From Candidatus Micrarchaeota archaeon (lineage in GTDB: Archaea > Micrarchaeota > Micrarchaeia > Micrarchaeales > Micrarchaeaceae), in assembly GCA_027345565.1 (NCBI GenBank), contig DAHWIF010000010.1:1-23066 (forward strand): 23,066 nucleotides of DNA. Reading direction: 5' to 3'. The notes under the pieces are model-generated. The model was given only the letters and a program-made list of their open reading frames with translations, did no database searches and was not told the origin of the DNA. A program made the translations under genes and the position numbers. Below, piece after piece: positions 17,422 to 23,066 of the stretch; position 1 is the stretch's first letter, and the number at the start of each line of letters is the position of its first letter.

Positions 17422-19015
17422 GCGCTCTCTCCGCCGCGCGCTTTACGAACTCCATGAACAGCGGGGCCGGCCTTTCCAGCCTGGATTTGAGCTCAGGGTG
17501 CGCCTGGGTACCGATGCCGAAGCCGTCGCCCCATTCCACTATCTCCACAATGTGGTTGTCCGGGGTCGTGCCGCTTATCACCATCCCTTTCCTCTCAAGT
17601 AGATTCCTGTACCTGTTGTTGACCTCGTAGCGGTGCCTATGCCTTTCGCTTATCGTTGCCTTCCGGTATGCGGAATACGCATGCGTCCCTCTCCTGAGCT
17701 TCGCTGTCCACGCGCCCAGCCTCATGCTGCCTCCCTTCTCCTTCAGGTCGCGCTGCGTCTCCATCATATCTATGACCTTGTATCTGGCTTTGCTGTCGAA
17801 TTCGGAAGAGTTGGCGCCGCTCAGGCCGCACACATCTCTCGCATACTCTATGACCATCACCTGCATGCCGAGGCATATGCCAAGGTATGGGATGCCGCGC
17901 TCGCGCGCGAACCTCGCAGCGTTGACCATGCCCTCTACGCCCCTCGAGCCGAAGCCTCCAGGTACGAGTATCCCGTCTGCGCCTTCAAGGGCGCCTGTGC
18001 CACCATTCTCCAACGCGGTAGATTCAACCCAATCTATCTTGAGGGCAACCCCGTTCTTCGCAGCAGAGTGGATCAGCGCCTCCTTTACGCTAACGTATGA
18101 GTCCCTAAGGTCGGTGTACTTCCCGACGATAGCTATGTTCACCGGCCTTTTCGGCGATGATATGCTGTCGACTAATCCTTTCCATTTCGCAAGCTTGCGC
18201 CTGTCGAGCCTCCTGCCACCCAGCCCAAGGTCCCCGATAAGCAGTCTGTCAAAGCCCTGCTTTATCAGGTGCGCCGGCAAGTGGTAAACGGTGCCCCTGT
18301 CGGAATCGTCTATCACGCGCTCCTTCCTTATGCTGCTGTACAGCGCTATCTTCTCCCTCGCCTTCCCGCTGAGCGGCTCCTCGCTCCTGCATAGTATGAA
18401 GTCCGGGCGTATCCCGAGCTGCATAAGCGACCTCACCCCTATCTGCGCTGGCTTCGTCTTCTGCTCTCCGACAGCGTCTATCTTCGGCACGTATGTCAAG
18501 TTTATGAACACCACGTCGTTGTTCAGCGATAGCTGCCTCATCGCCTCTATGAAGTAGCTGTTCTCTATATCCCCGACCGTGCCGCCAACCTCTATTACAA
18601 GGACATCTGGCCGCTCGCTCCTCGCAATCCCCTTTATTGTGTCAAGTATCTCGTTTGTCAGGTGCGGTATTATCTGCACGTCCTCTCCGAGGTAGTCACC
18701 CCTGCGCTCCTTCGCTATCACCCTGCTGAAGAGCTTTCCGCCAGTTATTGAGAGCTTCTTGGTCAGGTCTGTATTGGAGAACCTCTCATACATCCCGAAA
18801 TCCATGTCCACCTCGCCCTTGTCATCGAGTACGAAGACCTCCCCGTGCCTGTATGGGTTCATGGTCCCGCAGTCGTAGTTCAGGTAGCCATCGAACTTTA
18901 TCGGGAGAGCCCTGCAATTGTAGAAACTTAGTATCTTCAGTATTGAGGAGGTGACTCCGCCCTTGCCCAGGCCGCTCAGCAGGGAACCGAGGATAACGAT
19001 GTATTTCGTCTGCAC
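17414..19015 (-). CDS. pyrG: CTP synthase
   Basis: SGLGKG, GTMNPYRHGEVFV, EVGGTVGDIE, KTKP.Q; glutaminase motifs VPGGFG, GICLG and HPE. GTG start at 19015 inferred. Confidence 0.98.
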   Translation of the reverse strand: MQTKYIVILGSLLSGLGKGGVTSSILKILSFYNCRALPIKFDGYLNYDCGTMNPYRHGEVFVLDDKGEVDMDFGMYERFSNTDLTKKLSITGGKLFSRVIAKERRGDYLGEDVQIIPHLTNEILDTIKGIARSERPDVLVIEVGGTVGDIENSYFIEAMRQLSLNNDVVFINLTYVPKIDAVGEQKTKPAQIGVRSLMQLGIRPDFILCRSEEPLSGKAREKIALYSSIRKERVIDDSDRGTVYHLPAHLIKQGFDRLLIGDLGLGGRRLDRRKLAKWKGLVDSISSPKRPVNIAIVGKYTDLRDSYVSVKEALIHSAAKNGVALKIDWVESTALENGGTGALEGADGILVPGGFGSRGVEGMVNAARFARERGIPYLGICLGMQVMVIEYARDVCGLSGANSSEFDSKARYKVIDMMETQRDLKEKGGSMRLGAWTAKLRRGTHAYSAYRKATISERHRHRYEVNNRYRNLLERKGMVISGTTPDNHIVEIVEWGDGFGIGTQAHPELKSRLERPAPLFMEFVKRAAERAPS

Positions 19016-19084
19016 ATAACCTTTATGCACAACAGATTAAAAAGCCTTTTTGCAAATCCGATATCGTTGCGCATGAATGATTCG

Positions 19085-19648
19085 ATGGCAGGTTCGGTGA
19101 GGGCTTTTGTCGCTGTCGACATAGACCCGGAGGTAAGGAAAAGGGCATCCGCGCTCATTTCCGGGATGGATTGCAGCGCCATAAGGCCGGTGAGCGAGGA
19201 CCAGATTCATGTGACGCTCCTGTTTATGGGGCGGATCCGCGGCGCGGCTACAAAGGCTATCTCGGATGCGATGTCGCAGCTTGATGAGAAGCCGTTCGGC
19301 GTATCCATGCACGGCATAGGCGCGTTCCGCGGCGGCGAGATACGCGTAATATATGCAAAGATAACCGACGGTTATGATGAGCTGATGCGCATCCACTCGT
19401 GCCTCAAGGAGAGCGCGGACCGCATCGGCATAAAGACCGATGGGAGGGAATTCGCCGCGCATGCGACTATAGCGAGGGTCAAAAACCCCAGCGACGACGA
19501 CATCGACTACATCAGGGGCTTCATAGCCAGCCACTCGGAGGACGCGCTGGGCGATTTTACGTGCAGCGAGATAAGGCTTAAGGAGAGCACGCTCAAGGAG
19601 AAAGGTCCGGCATATACGGACATCTTCGTCAAGAGGCTAGGGCCGTAA
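19085..19648 (+). CDS. thpR: RNA 2',3'-cyclic phosphodiesterase (2H phosphoesterase, LigT/ThpR)
   Basis: RAFVAVD, two HxT motifs (HVTL, HATIAR), C-terminal ES.L...GP.Y. Start uncertain (19073 or 19085). Confidence 0.92.
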   Translation: MAGSVRAFVAVDIDPEVRKRASALISGMDCSAIRPVSEDQIHVTLLFMGRIRGAATKAISDAMSQLDEKPFGVSMHGIGAFRGGEIRVIYAKITDGYDELMRIHSCLKESADRIGIKTDGREFAAHATIARVKNPSDDDIDYIRGFIASHSEDALGDFTCSEIRLKESTLKEKGPAYTDIFVKRLGP

Positions 19649-20239
19649 CTATTTGCCGGATAGGGATCTCTCGAACTGCTCGATCGTCGTGCTATTGGAG
19701 AGCTCGCCAGGCCTGTATATCCTGTCGAGGAGGAGCACGTTGTAGCTCATGCCGCTGCTTATGTCGATGGCTATGTGCCTGAGCTGCTTGCCGAACAGGT
19801 CTATCTCGAAGAGAGGGAGCCTGCTCTTTTCTATGAATTCCGATACAGTGTAAACAGAGTCGCGGTTCTGCCCGTCCTGCATGCCTATAATCCTGGCTTC
19901 GAAGTTTGCCCGCTTCACCGATTTCACAAATCTTTCGAACCTGACGCGCAGATCGTCAGTGAAGTAGAGGAAGCGAGCGGCGGCCATGCTCCTGGTGTTG
20001 ACATCGTATACGCTCATCAGCATATCGTAGCTCAGCTGCGTTGCGGCCGCATACCTCCTGTCTGTCTGCTTGTAGCGGCCGATGGAGAAGAAGTCCCCAA
20101 CCTTGAGGTATGTGCAGTTTGAATACTTGTCGATCTTCGACTTTGAGATGTGAGGCCTAGCCTTGAAGCTCCTCAAGTACTCCCCGGCACCGAACCCGCT
20201 GCCGTGCATCTCCTCAAACAAGGCGTTTTCGAAGCTCAA
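19649..20239 (-). CDS. Hypothetical protein, possible CheD/YfiH-like fold lacking catalytic residues
   Basis: 196 aa ORF filling the gap between thpR and rpoD, with an RBS-like GGTGTGTGA at the TTG start. Motif spacing resembles CheD. Confidence 0.6.
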   Translation of the reverse strand: MSFENALFEEMHGSGFGAGEYLRSFKARPHISKSKIDKYSNCTYLKVGDFFSIGRYKQTDRRYAAATQLSYDMLMSVYDVNTRSMAAARFLYFTDDLRVRFERFVKSVKRANFEARIIGMQDGQNRDSVYTVSEFIEKSRLPLFEIDLFGKQLRHIAIDISSGMSYNVLLLDRIYRPGELSNSTTIEQFERSLSGK

Positions 20240-20323
20240 TCACACACCGAGTGCTATCTTTTTATATATTCCCGTGGTAATTTAATAGCTATTTGTGACA
20301 GCCACGACGCTCAGGCGGTTTTT

Positions 20324-20899
20324 ATGAAAATAGAAGTTATAGAAGACAAAGGCAACGCCTTCAGATTTGTGCTGAAAGAATCAACCAGTGCATACGCGAA
20401 TGCGTTGAAGAGGACGGCTACCGGCAGCGTGCCGACCTTTGCGATAGACAAAGTCACCTTCTATGAGAACTCGAGCGCCATATTCGATGAATATATAGCT
20501 CACAGGATGGGGCTGGTCCCCCTCGCCACTCCGCTGAAGGGCTACAAGGCAGACGACGAGATCCTTTTCACGATGGACGAGACAGGCCCGAAGACTGTGT
20601 ATTCAAGGGATATCGAGTCGTCGGACAAGGAGGTGAGGGTGGCGAATGAGAGTATCCCGATAATAAAGCTCGGGGAGAACCAGCGCGTAAGGGCGGAGGC
20701 GAAGGCGAGGCTTGGCATAGGGATGGAGCACGCAAAGTTCCAGCCTGGGCTAGTGGCGTACGAGCAGAAGGACGACAGCACGTTCGAGTTTTACGTTGAA
20801 TCGTTTGGCCAGATGCCGCCGAGGCAAATTATTAATAAGGCTTTCGACGTGATAGAAGAGCGCCTTCATGAGCTCTCATCCGGCGTAAAGAAGCTTTAG
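20324..20899 (+). CDS. rpoD: DNA-directed RNA polymerase subunit D (Rpo3), short form
   Basis: ANALKR....VPT.AID.V...ENSS..FDEYIAHR.GLVPL, GPKTVYS.D, HAKFQP, FYVES.G. Start at ATG 20324. Confidence 0.96.
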   Translation: MKIEVIEDKGNAFRFVLKESTSAYANALKRTATGSVPTFAIDKVTFYENSSAIFDEYIAHRMGLVPLATPLKGYKADDEILFTMDETGPKTVYSRDIESSDKEVRVANESIPIIKLGENQRVRAEAKARLGIGMEHAKFQPGLVAYEQKDDSTFEFYVESFGQMPPRQIINKAFDVIEERLHELSSGVKKL

Positions 20900-20986
20900 G
20901 CGGAGGTGGCAGAGCTTGGCCAAATGCGCAGGACTGAGGCTCCTGTGTCTTCAGTGACTGCTAGGGTTCAAATCCCTACCTCCGCA
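20900..20986 (+). tRNA. tRNA-Leu(GAG)
   Basis: Acceptor GCGGAGG/CCTCCGC, anticodon arm CAGGA-CT GAG GC-TCCTG (anticodon 20936-20938), long variable arm, T arm TAGGG-TTCAAAT-CCCTA. CCA not encoded. Confidence 0.95.
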
Positions 20987-20997
20987 AATGTGGTACG

Positions 20998-21348
20998 ATG
21001 AAAACGAATGCCGAAAGAAGCGATGTAAAGGAGTGGCTCGATGTCCTTAGCAGGGCGGCTGGGCAGGACAGATCCCCGAAGCTCTGGAAGCGGGTGCACC
21101 ATCTGGTTAGCGTTCCTGCAAGGCGGAGGGCGAGCGTCAACATATACAAGATAAACAAACACACGAAGGACGGCGATAATGTGGTGGTGCCGGGCAAGGT
21201 GCTCTCTGTCGGAATGATGGACCATAAGGTGAACATTGCCGCTCTCGAATACTCAAAGAAGGCAGAGGCGCTCCTTTCCGGAGCTAGCTGCAGAATGGTG
21301 AAGATAAGCGAGATGATAGGCCAAAAGAGGGTAAGTGTAATCATATAA
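20998..21348 (+). CDS. rpl18e: 50S ribosomal protein eL18
   Basis: W.RV...L..P.RRR..VNI.KI, VVVPGKVLS.G. Confidence 0.95.
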   Translation: MKTNAERSDVKEWLDVLSRAAGQDRSPKLWKRVHHLVSVPARRRASVNIYKINKHTKDGDNVVVPGKVLSVGMMDHKVNIAALEYSKKAEALLSGASCRMVKISEMIGQKRVSVII

Positions 21349-21360
21349 CGCGGCGATAGA

Positions 21361-21804
21361 ATGACAGAGAAGCAGGTAAAGGTATACGATGCAAACGGCA
21401 AGGTGCTCGGAAGGCTCGCCAGCGCCGTCGCAAAGGGCCTGCTCAACGGCGAGAGCGCAGTGGTGATAAACTCGGAGGGCGCCATAATAAGCGGAAGCAA
21501 GCAGGCGATACTCGCGAAGTACAGGAGAAGGGTCAATCTGAAGGAGAAGGCCAATCCAGAGCATTCGCCATACTGGCCCAGAAGGCCAGACCTGCTGGTC
21601 AAGCGGATAATACGCGGGATGCTGCCTTACAGGATGCCGCGGGGCAAAGAGGCGTACAGGAGGCTCAGGGTCTATATCGGAGTACCGGACGAGTTCTCAA
21701 AGGCAAAGCCGATAGAGATAGAGACAAGGAAGCCAAGTGATTTATATGTTGGATACGTTACGATATCTGAGCTTTCAAGGCTTTTAGGATACGAGAAGAG
21801 ATAA
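21361..21804 (+). CDS. rpl13: 50S ribosomal protein uL13
   Basis: DA.G.VLGRLAS.VAK.LL.GE, PRRPD.LVKR.IRGMLP, LRVYIGVP. Confidence 0.97.
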   Translation: MTEKQVKVYDANGKVLGRLASAVAKGLLNGESAVVINSEGAIISGSKQAILAKYRRRVNLKEKANPEHSPYWPRRPDLLVKRIIRGMLPYRMPRGKEAYRRLRVYIGVPDEFSKAKPIEIETRKPSDLYVGYVTISELSRLLGYEKR

Positions 21805-21805
21805 G

Positions 21806-22339
21806 ATGGCAGAGCAAGAGCAAGCTGTGCAGGCGCTAGGCGGCAATCCTCTCCAGCAGATGGAGCAGGAGCAGCAGGCTGCGCCCAAGGCGAGAAGGGA
21901 CGCTCCGAGGAGGAAGAGCGCTAAGAAGGCGGTGAAGATAGTGCTCGTGAAGAGCAAGCGCAAAGAGGCGATAGCCAGGGCATCAGCGAAGGCCGGAAAA
22001 GGCAGGATATCGATAAACGGGCGCAGCATAGACTCTATGGAAAACGACGCCTATAGAAGTGCAATAACCGAGCCGATAAACCTGTCTAGCATAACGAAGG
22101 AGTTGGCAGGCAGGATGGAGATGAAGATAAATGCAAAGGGCGGCGGCTCGTCGGGCCAAGCGCAGGCGATAAGGAGCGCAGTGGCAAAAGCGATCTCAAA
22201 GTTCGCAGACACCGACACGGTGAGGAAGGAGTACATGAGATACGACAGGTCGCTGCTTGTTGACGATTACAGGAGGGTCGAACCCAAGAAGTTCAACGGA
22301 CCGAAAGCGAGGGCGAGGAACCAGACCTCGTACAGGTGA
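21806..22339 (+). CDS. rps9: 30S ribosomal protein uS9 with N-terminal extension
   Basis: [45 protein letters not shown]. Confidence 0.96.
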   Translation: MAEQEQAVQALGGNPLQQMEQEQQAAPKARRDAPRRKSAKKAVKIVLVKSKRKEAIARASAKAGKGRISINGRSIDSMENDAYRSAITEPINLSSITKELAGRMEMKINAKGGGSSGQAQAIRSAVAKAISKFADTDTVRKEYMRYDRSLLVDDYRRVEPKKFNGPKARARNQTSYR

Positions 22340-22343
22340 TACC

Positions 22344-22544
22344 ATGATGATGCCAGTCAGATGTTTCAGTTGCGGCGCTGTTGTAGCCGACAGGTGGGAA
22401 GAGTACGATAGGAGGGTCAACAAGGAGCATGAGGACCCTGGCAGGGTGCTCGATGAGCTAGGGGTTAAGAGGTACTGCTGCAGGAGGATGTTCATAAGCA
22501 ATGTCGACCTGATCGATGAGTTCATTAAGATTGGAAAGAAATGA
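22344..22544 (+). CDS. rpoN: DNA-directed RNA polymerase subunit N (Rpo10)
   Basis: [11 protein letters not shown]...LD.LG..RYCCRRM; GGTGA RBS upstream. Confidence 0.96.
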   Translation: MMMPVRCFSCGAVVADRWEEYDRRVNKEHEDPGRVLDELGVKRYCCRRMFISNVDLIDEFIKIGKK

Positions 22545-22581
22545 TGGCAAGGAATAAAAGGGCGAAGAGACAAACCTGAAG

Positions 22582-22667
22582 GGGGCCGTCTGCTAGCTTG
22601 GTAGGCTTCTACCTTGGGGTGGTAGCGACCCGAGTTCAAAAGGTTTCTGAAAATCTCGGCGGCCCCA
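22582..22667 (+). tRNA. tRNA-Pro(GGG) with a 13-nt intron in the T loop (22641-22653, position 59/60)
   Basis: Acceptor GGGGCCG/CGGCCCC, anticodon arm CTACC-TT GGG GT-GGTAG. T stem CCGAG/CTCGG encloses 20 nt that fold as a BHB motif; splicing restores TTCAAAT. Confidence 0.9.
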
Positions 22668-22678
22668 CCTGTGATAAA

Positions 22679-23066
22679 ATGGAAGAGGAACAGCAACTGT
22701 TGGCAAACCAGAACGATTACCTTGAGGCAGGGATACACATCGCCACGAAGATGAGAAGCCCGGGAATGAAAAAGTTCGTATACAAGGTAAGGGACGACGG
22801 GCTATACCTGCTAGACCTTAAGACCATAGACACGAGAGTCAGGGTCGCCGCATCGATGATTGCGAGGTATTCGCCTAAAGACGTGGTCGTAACAGCATCA
22901 AGGATTTACGCTATAGCCGCTGCCGAGAAATTCGCAGAGCTTATCGGCGCAAAGTTCATGAAGGGGAGGGTAACGCCAGGCGTGTTTACCAACCCGAACA
23001 GAGCTGACTTCACAGAGCCGAAGCTCATAGTGATAAGCGACTCCAGGAACGAGAAGCAGGCGGTGA
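22679..23066 (+). CDS. rps2: 30S ribosomal protein uS2 (partial, runs off window end)
   Basis: Manual translation MEEEQQLLANQNDYLEAGIHIATK...MKKFVYKVRDDGLYLLDL...GRVTPGVFTNP...EPKLIVISD; no stop before the window end. Confidence 0.95.
   Translation, partial: MEEEQQLLANQNDYLEAGIHIATKMRSPGMKKFVYKVRDDGLYLLDLKTIDTRVRVAASMIARYSPKDVVVTASRIYAIAAAEKFAELIGAKFMKGRVTPGVFTNPNRADFTEPKLIVISDSRNEKQAV

Noticed and set aside
20150-20323. N-terminal extensions of RpoD (also uL14, uL6 and RpoN) in the ORF track
   Set aside because: These come from upstream in-frame starts overlapping neighbouring genes; homology begins at the downstream ATGs.
22545-22670. Permuted or split tRNA-Pro
   Set aside because: Both exons are present in normal order and a cis intron with a BHB motif explains the sequence.
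1-23066. CRISPR array, cas genes, rRNA, integrase or provirus
   Set aside because: I saw no regularly spaced repeats or matching genes; the three IS hairpins are irregularly spaced and not identical.

Overview
Archaeal chromosome segment. Gene content, tight gene overlaps and pilin type suggest DPANN, probably Micrarchaeota-like (inference). From left to right: (i) a surface-glycosylation cassette (GT-C-like membrane protein, Dol-P sugar synthase-type GT2, PMT/ArnT-like GT-C) followed by a class III signal peptide pilin; (ii) an AT-richer accessory island (about 5370-7202) not explained by the ORF track, with a multiply frameshifted IS200/IS605 tnpA pseudogene, three IS200/IS605-type end hairpins, and an intact MNT-HEPN toxin-antitoxin pair between two right-end-like motifs; (iii) a minus-strand spc-type ribosomal protein operon (rnp1 to uS5) running into csl4-rpoL-DUF99, preceded by a DUF373 protein with a PRC-barrel-like tail; (iv) a MOP flippase, pyrG, thpR and a CheD-fold-like hypothetical lacking the catalytic Cys/His; (v) rpoD-tRNA-Leu(GAG)-eL18-uL13-uS9-rpoN-tRNA-Pro(GGG)-uS2, where tRNA-Pro has a 13-nt T-loop (59/60) intron with a BHB motif. 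All family calls come from motif recognition by eye; no database searches were run.
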